A DNA stretch of 64,000 nucleotides, taken from Eledone cirrhosa. Lineage: Eukaryota. A program made the position numbers and the translations under genes. The DNA is taken from positions 7,812,001 to 7,876,000 of the forward strand of contig OZ024765.1 in the NCBI GenBank assembly GCA_964016885.1, written 5' to 3'. Within the stretch, counting starts at the first letter, position 1, and every line of letters starts with the position of its first letter. Positions 24,385-35,162 of the stretch are shown one piece after another. The notes below the pieces were generated by a model. The model did no database searches. It was not told the DNA's origin and was given only the letters and a program-made list of their open reading frames with translations.

Positions 24385-24558
24385 ACAAACAGTTGGACAT
24401 TTCTAACAGAACTTTGTTTAACAATATAGATAGAGTAACACAGACATACAGTGTGAGAAACCTTTATCTAATGAAACATTTACTGAACACACATTGTTAC
24501 ACGGAAATATTCCTGAATATTGTTGTGAGATTTGTAAGAAAACTTTCTCTTCAGAAGC
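24385..24558 (+). pseudogene. Isolated frameshifted copy of the ZNF leader
   Basis: aaacagttggacatttctaacaga...actttctcttcagaag matches the family leader, but it lacks the ATG and is truncated inside finger 1. Confidence 0.8.
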
Positions 24559-24789
24559 TGAATGCTTCAGCCTTCAAAAAATATGACTTACAGAATACCC
24601 AGTGGTAGACTGCCAAGCAAAGTGGTTGGATAACAATCTTGGACTTGGCTTGCCTGGGGATCCAAATAGATCAATTGGTGACAGTTGCTTGTGACAGACC
24701 TGCTTGAAGACTCTGTCCACCACAACCCTCCCAGGAACAAATGCATGAAGAAGAAGAAGAAATATGTTGGAAATGACTTTCTTAGTTCT

Positions 24790-25340
24790 TATAATAATAA
24801 TAATGAAATTATTGTGTACATTGCTCAGGTGCACTACAACTCATCAAAGGTGCATATATAGTACATAGGATAATGTACAAATGTCAGGAAACTTAACTAC
24901 ATACACACAAGTCATGATATACACACAGATACACGTGTGTGTATGGAGGGGGAATAGCAGGTATAGTGTTGGTGAATTTCAGGAAACATGAAAGTTTTAA
25001 AGGATGCAGTGTCTCGACAGCTAACAACTGATGCAGAGAGTTTGTTCCATGGAGGTTTTAAAGGATGCAGTGTCTCAACAGCTAACAACTGATGCAGGTA
25101 GTTTGTTCTATGCTTCAGCAACTCTGAGCGTGAAGAAATGTTTCCGAAAGTCATGGGAGCTGTGCTGTTTTCTGACTTTGTAGGCATGCCCACATGTGTT
25201 AGACACATGGAATACAAAAAGGTGCTCAGGGTTGTTGTTGGAAAGATGGTTAATAATTTTGTGGGTGTTTACAAAGTCAGTTGCCAAACGTCGGAGCTTC
25301 AATGTATCCATACCCAGGGTGTTAGACACATGGAAATCGA
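24790..25340 (-). mobile_element. CR1-like LINE 3' fragment
   Basis: MDTLKLRRLATD...KHFFTLRVAEA plus the 3' UTR and (TAA)n tail match 60165-60620. An oppositely oriented 3' end lies at ~25680-25955. Confidence 0.8.
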
Positions 25341-26224
25341 AAAGGTGTGTTGTAATCCTCAAATACAAAAAAAGATCTATCTTCTCTTATTGATGATTAA
25401 AGTTTTTTTACAGAGACACAACCTTATTTATGAGGACTGGAAAAACACGAGGCTAAAACCTTATGTGAAATTTGTGGTAAATTCTACATTACTCTATATA
25501 TACTATTATATTTTCATGGTAAAAGCTTTACCTCACTTTATATCGAATCTATGAAATTTTGATAACAATACCTTAACATAAATATGAGCAGCCAGTTATG
25601 ACCAGTTTGAACAGAAAGAGGTGAGAGAATTCTGGCCAGATACGGCTGGTTTAAATGCTAAAGGGTTAAAAGCCAAGTTGTTATGCTCAGAGTTACTGAA
25701 GTATGGAACAAGCTACCTGCATCAGTTGTTATCTGTCAAGACACTGCATCCTTTAAAACCTCTATGCTTCCTGAAATTCACCAACACTACACCTGATATT
25801 CCCCCTCCATACACAGACACACATGTATATCATGACTCATATACTGTTCACTTTCCTGACATTTGTACATTATTCTATGTACTATACATGCACCTTTGAT
25901 GAGTTGTAGTGCACCTGAGCACTGTACACAATAATTTCATTATTATTATTATAACCAAATATACATATGAGGAAAATATCATTGAGATGATTTGTGGAAT
26001 ATATTTTCTATAAATTGAAGTAAAAAGATAAAATTACTGAGAAATTCATATAAAATCTTATGGTAATTTATGAAAAATTATCCTGAAAAAATACAGTTTT
26101 GTGTAAATTAAAATATTATTTTATAAATTTTATAACTATATTTTTTTCTTGTTATTTTCTGAACAGTCAGAATTATTATATTATATATATATATATATAA
26201 TAACCTTAATATTTATTATATTAT

Positions 26225-26410
26225 AGTGGATTGGCAGTATCGGTAAAGGGTCGGATGCCATGCTTTCCAGCATAGTTACGTCCCTTTATGATCTGAGTTC
26301 AAATCCTGCCGAGGTTAACTTTGCCTTTCATCCTTACGGGGTCGATAAAATAAAGTACCAGTAATGTACTGGGATAATTGCTGGCCTTGTGCCAAAAGTA
26401 GAAACAATTA
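26225..26410 (+). mobile_element. tRNA-derived SINE, family 1
   Basis: gtggattggcagtatcggta...gagttcaaatcc...gtagaaacaatta, the reverse complement of the 48360 copy. Confidence 0.85.
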
Positions 26411-26424
26411 TATTATATTATATA

Positions 26425-27053
26425 CTAGCAGTGGTATCCGGCGTTGCAGGGGATAAGGTATTGTGAAATATATAACCGCCTTAGCTAAGCTTAGTATTGC
26501 CACAACCACAGCTGGCAAAGAAGTAAGGGTCTGGTGGTACATAAGTAAACAACACTGTGGCTTAAAACGTGAGGAAGAAGTTGTGTGCATTTACCAACTG
26601 TTTGGAATGAGTGTGAGATTTGTCTTGAGCAAGGGTGGCAGAATAACCGGAGGCAGCAGACAGCCAGACATACAGACAGATATTATAAGGGCGTGTTTGG
26701 CAGAATAACCGGAGACAGCCAGACATACAGACATATTATAAGGGTGCGTTCTGGACGCAGGGCGAATTGTAGGAAGTGACGTAATGCAGCCAGACATACA
26801 GACAGATATTATAAGGGCGCGAAGTTATATGTATGTATCTTAAAAGAGAAAGACTAAGAATTATAGAGAGAGATCGCTAAATCGCCTAATGCGGTCCCTA
26901 GGGAATTGAAAATTTGAAAATTTTTTTGCTCATAACACTCCCTGAAACAAGTATTACATGTGTAAAGTTTGAAAACAGTCAGTTGGGTGGTTCTCTAGTT
27001 TTAGGGATTCAAACTCACACACACACAGACATCCTCAGTTTTATATATATAGA
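26425..27053 (-). mobile_element. Non-autonomous Helitron-like element, family B, with internal ~55-bp repeats
   Basis: The minus strand starts tctatatatataaaactgagg and ends ...gcaacgccggataccactgctag. Both termini are shared with 61747-62266. Confidence 0.7.
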
Positions 27054-27304
27054 TATAATAATAACCTTAATAATAATTATTATACTATATATATATATAG
27101 AATAATAACCTCTCTTTCCTTTTCTTATTAAAAAAATAATTTTGATAATTATTTAGGTATACCTAGCGTCTAAACATAACAGTCTTTTTCAGTTATCCCC
27201 ATTAGCATATTCATCTTGTGTTTTGAAGTTCACCACTATTCAAATAGAACTCACAACATTGAGTACTTGTCTGAATATGTCACTATCTGTAAACCAACTT
27301 TTGC

Positions 27305-27363
27305 ATTTTATCTGATGAGAGCGTACCAAAATACTGGTACCCTTGAAATATATATAATAAAAT
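27305..27363 (+). ncRNA. Type I minimal hammerhead ribozyme motif, family H3
   Basis: attttat-CTGATGA-gagcgtacca aaatac tggtaccctt-GAA-atatatat-A-ataaaat. Stem I 7 of 7 bp, stem II 9 of 10 bp, palindromic stem III, AUA triplet, AATAAA directly downstream. Confidence 0.75.
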
Positions 27364-27423
27364 AAATATGGTTTTATAGATAAATATAGTTTCCATTTAT
27401 TAATATTATTGATATATATATAT

Positions 27424-27772
27424 AATTGTTTCTACTTCAGGCACAAGGCCAGCAATTACCCAGTGCATTACTGGTACTTTATTTTATCGACCCCGTAAGG
27501 ATGAAAGGCAAAGTCAATCTCGGCGGGAATTGAACTCAGATCGTAAAGGGACGTAACTATGCTGGAAAGCATGGCATCCGACCCTCTATATATTGATATA
27601 TATATATAATTGTTTCTACTTTAGGCACAAGGCCAGCAATTACCCAGTGAATTACTGGTACTTTATTTTATCGACCCCGTAAGGATGAAAGGCAAAGTCA
27701 ATCTCGGCGGGAATTGAACTCAGATCGTAAAGGGACGTAACTATGCTGGAAAGCATGGCGTCCGACCCTCTA
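27424..27772 (-). mobile_element. Two tandem SINE family 1 copies
   Basis: aattgtttctactt...gaccctcta occurs twice, ~185 bp apart. Confidence 0.85.
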
Positions 27773-27799
27773 TATATTGTTATATATATATAATAATAA

Positions 27800-28502
27800 G
27801 TTGACGGACCCAGCATATTTATCAATGCCAGGACCAGTTGCATCTCAGCGTACTCAATAGGCAATGTAAGATACATTCCCAGAGTACAACACACGTAAAA
27901 CGGGTGCCTATATTAGTTCCCGGACTCAAGTTTTGGCCACACTTAATGCAGCAGTAAGGTGCACTGCGCCCTCTGTCTGCATATATTATGCAACAATGCA
28001 TAATCGGCACATGCGGCTTGATCAGCGGGTTTCACCTAATCAATAACTGCGTTTTTTTCAGCATTTTAGGGGTTTTTGAGTCATTACGTCAGACTGATTT
28101 CCTTGAAATTGTAACTATGTATTAGTCAGTCTCTTCTTCATACCATGAGCAAAGAAAATCCAACTTTTTTATGGCCTAGGGCCTGCATTAGGTGAAAAAC
28201 CTCATTTTTTCAGCTTTTTAGGGCTTTTTGGAGGCGTTACGTCTAGCCGATTTTCCCGAAATTTCAAGGCATATTATGCACATAAAAAAAAATTATTTTC
28301 TTGATCCCCTAGGGCCCGCATTAGGTGAAAACCTGCATTTTCCCTGCTTCATCGAGTAAAATCTTAAAGATTATCCAGCCATCAGAGTATTTGTTTTTTT
28401 CTTTACATATTGTCCAGGCATGCAGTTTTTCCACGGTTAGGTGTGTTGGTGGCCCGCATTCCAAAATACCTTATCCCATGCAACGCCGGGTACCACTGCT
28501 AG
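27800..28502 (+). mobile_element. Helitron-like element, family B related
   Basis: 3' end ...gcaacgccgggtaccactgctag. ~28090-28502 is the reverse complement of 61747-62145. The 5' boundary is uncertain. Confidence 0.6.
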
Positions 28503-28697
28503 TAATATATATATATATATGAAGGCGCATGGCTTAGTGGTTAGAGCATTGGGCTTGCAATTGAAACGTTGTGAGTTTGATTCTCCAACCAGGTGATGCG
28601 TTGTGTCCTTCATGTTGCTCCAGTTTACTCAGCTGTAGAAATAAGTTGCGATGTCACTGGTGTCAAACTATCAGCCATTGCCTTTCCCTTGGACAAC

Positions 28698-28872
28698 ATA
28701 TAGAGTGTATATATAGAGTGTATATATAGTGTATATATAGAATATATAGTGTATATATAGAGTATATAGTGTATATATAGCGTATATAGTGTATATATAG
28801 AGTATATAGTGTATATATAGAGTGTATAGTGTACATATAGCGTGTATAGTGTACATATAGAGTATATAGTGT
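28698..28872. repeat. Compound (TATATAGAG/TATATAGTG)n microsatellite between two opposed SINE family 2 heads
   Basis: SINE heads at ~28521-28695 (+) and ~28873-29051 (-) flank the run. Confidence 0.8.
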
Positions 28873-29089
28873 CTTGGCTCATTTAATGATAGGGAACCCA
28901 GTCCTATCATCTCATTTCTACAGCTGAGTAAACTGGAGCAACGTGAAATAAAGTGCCTTGCTCAAGGAAACAACACATCACCCGGTCCGAGAATTGAACT
29001 CATAACCTCTCGATTGCAAGCCCAATGCTCTAACCACTAAGCAATGTGCCTTGTTGTAACTTAATTTGTAGAAATTATTATCTTTCGTT

Positions 29090-29545
29090 TCTTAGTTCAC
29101 TGGGTAGCATTAATGTCCAGTTGTTACATGGAAGTGAAACATGGGCGCTGTGTGCAGAAAACTTGTATAGATTGGAAAGAAATGAAGCCTGCACGCTCTG
29201 ATGGATATGTGATAGTAATTTACGTGAGCAGCAAAGCATAAACAAACTGAGAGAGAGAGAGAGACTAAGCATAAGAGGAATAAAATGGTGTGTGCAGGAG
29301 AGGAGATTGCGTTGGTATGGACATGTGAGGCATATGAAGGATGACAGCTGCATAAAAAGGTGCAGAGCACTAAAAGTCGATGGCTGCCTTGGAGTGGGGA
29401 GACCCAAGAAAACCAGGGATGAGGTGATAAAAGCTGACCTTACTCAATTGTACCTCTCAACGGCGATGGCACAGGACCGTGACCTCTGGCGTCACGCAGT
29501 AATACAGAAGATCCGAGTTCCCACGGGTACAAGCCGAAGCTGAAG
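29090..29545 (+). mobile_element. RTE LINE 3' coding fragment
   Basis: QERRLRWYGHVRHM...GRPKKTRDEVIKADL...AQDRDLWR is a typical RTE C-terminus. Confidence 0.8.
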
Positions 29546-30224
29546 CATATAGACAATATGCCCCCACCTCCCTCCCACTGTAAAGTGGTTGTGTAGGTGT
29601 CACAACAAAAAGCACCAAGTCCACACTGTAAAGTAGTCATGTAGGTGCCATGACAAAAAGCAAAAAAGCACCCAGTTCTCACATTTATTTATACATAGTA
29701 TATATTATATATAGATTAACTATTTTATTTATTATATATTATTTACAATTTGCGTATAAGCAGATCTCTCTGGAAACAGGGTTGAGGGGCGCTGAGTGTT
29801 TTACGTTGGCGTGAGGGTGTGTGTTTGGCCGTGCGGGGGTGGGGGTGGCCTCGGGGGTTTGAGAATCTCTGATCTAATGACTGGAAATTCGTCGATTGTC
29901 ATCGTAAGTATAGATTTAATATTTTGAGGAGTTGTGTTTCCGAATGTATTAAACTATGTCAGGAACTTTTACCTTACGTCACCGGTGAGTTTCAAGGGAG
30001 GCAACCAATATCAACAACACCGAGCACCTGTGTGTTTATAATTGCATCTACCGTAATTATATCGTGTAAACAGAGTCCCAGGATATCTAAGACAAGAAAC
30101 TAAACTATAATATATTATAATTACATCTAATCTAATTATATCGTGTAAACAGAGTCCCAGGATATCTAGGACAAGAAACTCTATTATAATATATTATAAT
30201 CAGAAATAATTCTCGGAAATTCCT

Positions 30225-31685
30225 ATGGAGGGTGTTAAACAGTTGGACATTTCTAACACAACTTTGTTTAACAATATAGATACAGTTACACAGACATACA
30301 GTGGTGAGAAACCTTTATCTAATGAAACGTTTACTGAACAAACATCATTACATCGAAATATTCCTGAATATTGTTGTGAGATTTGTAAGAAAACTTTCTC
30401 TTCAGAAGATGAAGTCATCACACACAAAGAAACACACAAGCGTGAAAAGGCTTTTCTCTGTGAAATTTGTGGCAAATCTTTTGCCAGTAACAGTTATTTA
30501 ACGAAACACAAAGGAACACACACTGGAGAGGATCTATTTTATTGTGAGATATGTGGGAAATCCTTTATAAATAATTCAAAACTTGTTATCCACAGACGTA
30601 CACACACTGGAGAGAAACCTTTTCACTGTGAAATATGTGGCAAATCTTTCATCTCCGGCAGTAATTTAACAGCACACAAATTAGAACACACTGGAGAGAA
30701 ACCTTTCCATTGTAAAGTATGTGGGGAATCTTTTGTCACTAAAGGAGATTTAAGAAGGCACAAAAGAACACACTCTGGTAATTCTCATCGTGTTAGTTAT
30801 AAACAGAGTGATCCTGTAGAAAAGTCGTATGATTGTGAAATATGTGGGAAATCCTTAGCACTGAAAGGTAATTTGATAAGGCACCGAAGAATACACACTG
30901 GGGAAAAACCCTTTAGCTGTGAAACATGTGGAGCAGCTTTCATTGACAAAGCTCGTCTTGTTGCCCATAACATGAAACATACCGGAGAAAAACCTTTCAA
31001 ATGTGAAACGTGTGGTAAATCTTTCCAAACGAATGCTCACTTAAAAACCCACACACAAATACACACAGGAGAAAAAAATCGCCATTGCCAAATATGTGGG
31101 AGATCTTTTATTCAGCATGCAAGTCTTGTTATTCACTTACGTAGTCACACTGGAGAAAAACCATATCATTGTGAAATGTGTGGGAAATCTTTCGTTTCAA
31201 AACATAGTTTAGTGGAACATGAAAGAAGACATACTGGTGAAAGACCGTTTCATTGTGAAATATGTGGGAAATCGTTTGTTACTAATATGGAGTTAACAAA
31301 TCATGTAAGGTTTCACACGGGAGAAAAATCGTTCCACTGTGAAATCTGTGGGGCATCTTTTATCGATAGCAGCAATTTAAGGACACATAAAAGGATACAC
31401 ACTGGAGAAAAACCTTTTCATTGTGAAACATGCGGAGCTTCATTCACACAAAAAGCTCACCTTTTAGGTCACAAAACAATACACACGGGAGAACGACCTT
31501 TTCCTTGTGATACATGTGGACAATCTTTTGTTAGTAACAGTCAACTAAAAATCCACAGACGTAGACATACTGGAGAAAAACCCTATCATTGTGAAATATG
31601 TGGGAAATCTTTCATTACTAGTAGTGTGCTAAAAAGACACAAAAGAATACACATTGGAGGAAAGACTTTAAACTGTGAACCTTGA
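30225..31685 (+). CDS. Poly-C2H2 zinc finger protein, MEDV-leader family, 486 aa, 15 fingers in two blocks
   Basis: Intact ORF with a spacer GNSHRVSYKQSDPVEKS between fingers 5 and 6. Confidence 0.92.
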   Translation: MEGVKQLDISNTTLFNNIDTVTQTYSGEKPLSNETFTEQTSLHRNIPEYCCEICKKTFSSEDEVITHKETHKREKAFLCEICGKSFASNSYLTKHKGTHTGEDLFYCEICGKSFINNSKLVIHRRTHTGEKPFHCEICGKSFISGSNLTAHKLEHTGEKPFHCKVCGESFVTKGDLRRHKRTHSGNSHRVSYKQSDPVEKSYDCEICGKSLALKGNLIRHRRIHTGEKPFSCETCGAAFIDKARLVAHNMKHTGEKPFKCETCGKSFQTNAHLKTHTQIHTGEKNRHCQICGRSFIQHASLVIHLRSHTGEKPYHCEMCGKSFVSKHSLVEHERRHTGERPFHCEICGKSFVTNMELTNHVRFHTGEKSFHCEICGASFIDSSNLRTHKRIHTGEKPFHCETCGASFTQKAHLLGHKTIHTGERPFPCDTCGQSFVSNSQLKIHRRRHTGEKPYHCEICGKSFITSSVLKRHKRIHIGGKTLNCEP

Positions 31686-32364
31686 GAAATCTTTCTTATG
31701 TAAATTTAAATATATTGTCTACCAAGATATACACTTTGGAGGGAAGACTTTAAACTGGGAACCTTGAGAAATATTTCTTATGTAAATTTAAATATATTGT
31801 CTACCAAGATATATACTTTGGAGGGAAAACTTTAAACTGGGAACCTTGAGAAATATTTCTTATGTAAATCTAAATATATTGTCTACCAACATGTACACAT
31901 TGGAGAATAATTATAGTGAAATATGTTATAAATCATTCTCTGTTAATTCTCATCTGAGAGAAACCCTTTCACTAAAATATTAGGGAATTCCTTAATTGTG
32001 GCATATAAACTTGTTGATAAATGTATACACATTGGACAAATACATGTATATATCATTGTGAAATATATGGGGAATCATTCTGAGTCTACACTTGCACTCC
32101 TCACCTAAATACAGACTTGTGAGAAATAAAACTACATCAATATGAAATTTGTGACAAAATAATCACTTATCTATGTAAATTGAAATACAATTTTATAAAG
32201 ATATTAAAATTGTTTTATTGGAAATCTTGAAATTGTGAATTTTATTCACAGTTGTATATATAATATTACAAATTGTCCACAATTCTTTCAGAATGAAATT
32301 ATATATTTGTGTTAAGATAATATTACAAATCGTTTGCAATTCTTTCAGAATGAAAATATAAACG

Positions 32365-33290
32365 GAGCATATAAATAAATTTACTGTAGAATAACATAAA
32401 TATGTTATAAATATATACATAATTAATATTACAAATGCTTAGACAACATTATGAATTGCTCGCGACTCATTCAGAAAGATATATTCTTTTAATGTTACAA
32501 TATTAAAGAAAATGTAGAGGAAGGGGTGAACAACCGAGCAAAAGACAGCAGCAAGGAGTACCGGTCAACCTCTCTAATGAGAGTGATGGCGAGGCTAATG
32601 CGCTGGAACAGCCAAGCATATTTGAGGGTCTTACTCCGCTCGGCTGCAGAAGCTGCAGCTCTCGTCCTAACCGCAGCATCCAGGATGTGGGAGAAAGCAA
32701 AAGAGTCACTAACAGGGACGTCCCAGACAAGGCACCTGCCTCTCGACCAGGGGCACAATGTAAGGCCGTCAGGTCTTTTGCCATCACTTCTGGACAACCC
32801 AGATGGATCCAAGACTGAGGGGATGTTCACCCGGGCCAAAGCTCTCTTGAGAATGAGGTTTAGCTCTGTGTGACGCGCAAAGCAGCCGGCATTAAGGTGG
32901 CAAGAAAGACTGTGGAGTCGAGGAGTTTTCCGCATCGGCACGTTAAACCCATGCAGACGTCAGCTCCCACTCTGAGAGCGATGGAGATACGAAGTTCGTC
33001 CAGGCTGAGTAGACCACCAACGTTGGCCACGGGTAGGGCATCGACCCAGTCACTTGAGTATTTGGCGCTGGCAGATAGCAAGCGGCACCTTGCAAACTGA
33101 TCTGACAGTTATGATGTCCCAAGTTCTCTGACTTCACCTATCTTCCACCTTCTCAGGAAGAGACAACCCCAACTCACTCCATTGCTGGAGAGCTTCACCC
33201 TACTCCCTGATGGAACTAGTCCATGTTGCTCACCAGGGTGGTGCAAGTGTAGGTGGAGGAAAGGAAGCAGGGGAGAGAGAGGGACGATAT
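32365..33290 (-). mobile_element. CRE-like non-LTR retrotransposon C-terminal fragment (zinc knuckle plus restriction-like endonuclease)
   Basis: RISIALRVGADVC...CRCG...H..SC...RH.ELN..LKRAL...DGKRPDGLTLCPW..G..LVWDV...WLFQRISLAI, read across frames. Confidence 0.75.
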
Positions 33291-33534
33291 TTTTTGTTTC
33301 AAAATCTGTTCACAATTGAAAACACTATAACAAAATATTGTTTAATAAATTTATCTTTCTCTCTCTAAATAAACTTTTCAGTGTTTAATTTTTCTGACAT
33401 AAATAAAACCAGCGACATATTTTAATAAATGTATTGTTTTAATAGATACCCAAATTTAGAGTAAACTTTATAATCTACATCTGTTTTATCAACACCATAT
33501 GTAAACCTCAATTGCCCCCAACTAAACAAAGAGC

Positions 33535-34006
33535 TGTAGCGACTAGCGCCACCTTACCCATGGAGAAAAAAACTAATTGGAGTTACTTCCTCGTGGCCAG
33601 TATATAAGGGATTGTTCTGACGTCACTCGACCTCTCTTGCTGGTGGCTTTTCTGAAACTGATCACTTCGAGCGCAACCATGCTAACCCTTTTCCAACCAC
33701 ATCTCATGGTTCAGGATTATACCTCGTTATGCCACGAGGGTATTTGTTTACGACATTTGTAACATGGACTACAATAAATGCAAGTTATTTTTGATGCTCG
33801 TTTTGAGAATTTCGTTACGCTTTCAGTCATTACTTCTTGTAGTGAGAGATAATTCTCACACGGCATGATATTGTATGAAAATTCTCCTATCTCACATTTC
33901 TATTAAATTTAGTTGTTGGGATCCGGTGGTGATTACTGGAATAAGTAACCCTGGGACCAGCTCACTAAAAATTGTGACCCCGACGTGATTCGAACACGCA
34001 GCCTTC
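33535..34006 (+). mobile_element. LTR-like insertion ending in sequence complementary to tRNA-Trp
   Basis: Absent from the paralogous units. Starts TGTAG, contains tatataag (33601) and aataaa (~33773), and has aaagagc on both sides. Confidence 0.55.
33975..34006 (-). other. 3' half of tRNA-Trp(CCA): extended primer-binding-site copy or truncated tRNA gene
   Basis: Minus strand gaaggctgcgtgttcgaatcacgtcggggtca matches the variable loop, T arm and acceptor 3' strand of eukaryotic tRNA-Trp as recalled. The 5' half is absent. Confidence 0.8.
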
Positions 34007-35162
34007 ACTAAAGAGCTATCCCAGAACTGTTTAGTCTTGCTTGTCAGACTATCAAGAATAAGGATCACTCTGATATCAAAATCTGGATAGATGGGGCTCC
34101 TTTGTCACTTAGGTGACAACCTTTCAAGTAACCAACAACTTTAGCTTGGTGATAAAGGGGGACAACTGTAACTTGGTAGCCAGCTTCCGGATAAGGGCCA
34201 GGCGAGGATTAGGGACTCACCAACGTTACTTTTTTTAACCTGAGGAGAAACATGGACATTCAGCAACATGTAGGTGAACATTGATGCAATTGTCCATAGT
34301 CCCTGACCCTCAGCAGTGAGTGTGGGATCTCTCATCATCATCATCATCATGTAATGATATCACACAGGAAGTATTTTAAATACATTCAACGTAAACATTT
34401 CTTTGTGATTTAAAATGCTTAAAATTTCTGTCACACTTCGTTGATGTAAAAAAGTGAAATATTAGAATATTTGAGAATCTGAAAGTTATAAGAGTTACTT
34501 CTAGTTCTGGTGGTGTCGTTGACTCCCTAACGTAAAGTAAGGCTAATACTTTAATCACAGAGATAATCAAAGAAAGGAACTAATTAATTATCGATCTCAT
34601 TACCTAATTGGTTATTGCTAATGTTCCAGATTCTCTTATAAAGAGATTCCAACCATGACCATCAGGTATATTTTGTATATCTAGACTAAAATAACCAATA
34701 TCCAATGTGTACTTCATTTAAGATGATGGGGGTGAAATTTGAGGGATCATTTGACTCTTATTTCTAACACGTCCAGATCCCTGTATAGTCATCCTACATA
34801 TTAGTAGTTATTTTGATAGTAAATTATTTTGATGTAAATTATTTTGTTATTTACCATGGGTTGGATACAATTCGAGATGTTTCTGAATGTATCAAAATAT
34901 CGCAGGATATTATTTTGATATGACACCGGTATCGTTCAGTAGAAGGAAATATTTTCAACGTAACCAGGCACATGTTATCTTTTATAATTAGGTTTAATCC
35001 AGTTATGTTAACAGAGTCCCAGGATATCTAAGACAAGAAACTAAATTATAATATATTATAATTACATCCAATCTAATTATATCGTGTTAGCAGAGTCCCA
35101 GGATATCTAAGAGAAGAAACTGTATTATAACATATAATCAGAAATAATTCTCGGAAATTACT
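34007..35162 (+). repeat. Conserved ~1.1-kb upstream block of the tandem ZNF unit
   Basis: Recurs at ~37845, ~42540 (partial), ~47375 (partial), ~51110, ~55878 and ~62550, each time directly ahead of a ZNF ATG. Confidence 0.9.

Noticed and set aside
29780-29860. G-rich patch as a G-quadruplex promoter element
   Set aside because: It is present in one unit only, the G-run spacing is irregular, and there is no supporting evidence.
30301-30501. Recurrent alternative-frame and antisense ORFs such as MVRNLYLMK and [11 protein letters not shown]
   Set aside because: They are shadows of the conserved ZNF leader and finger codons, many with non-ATG starts, and recur only because the genes are paralogous.
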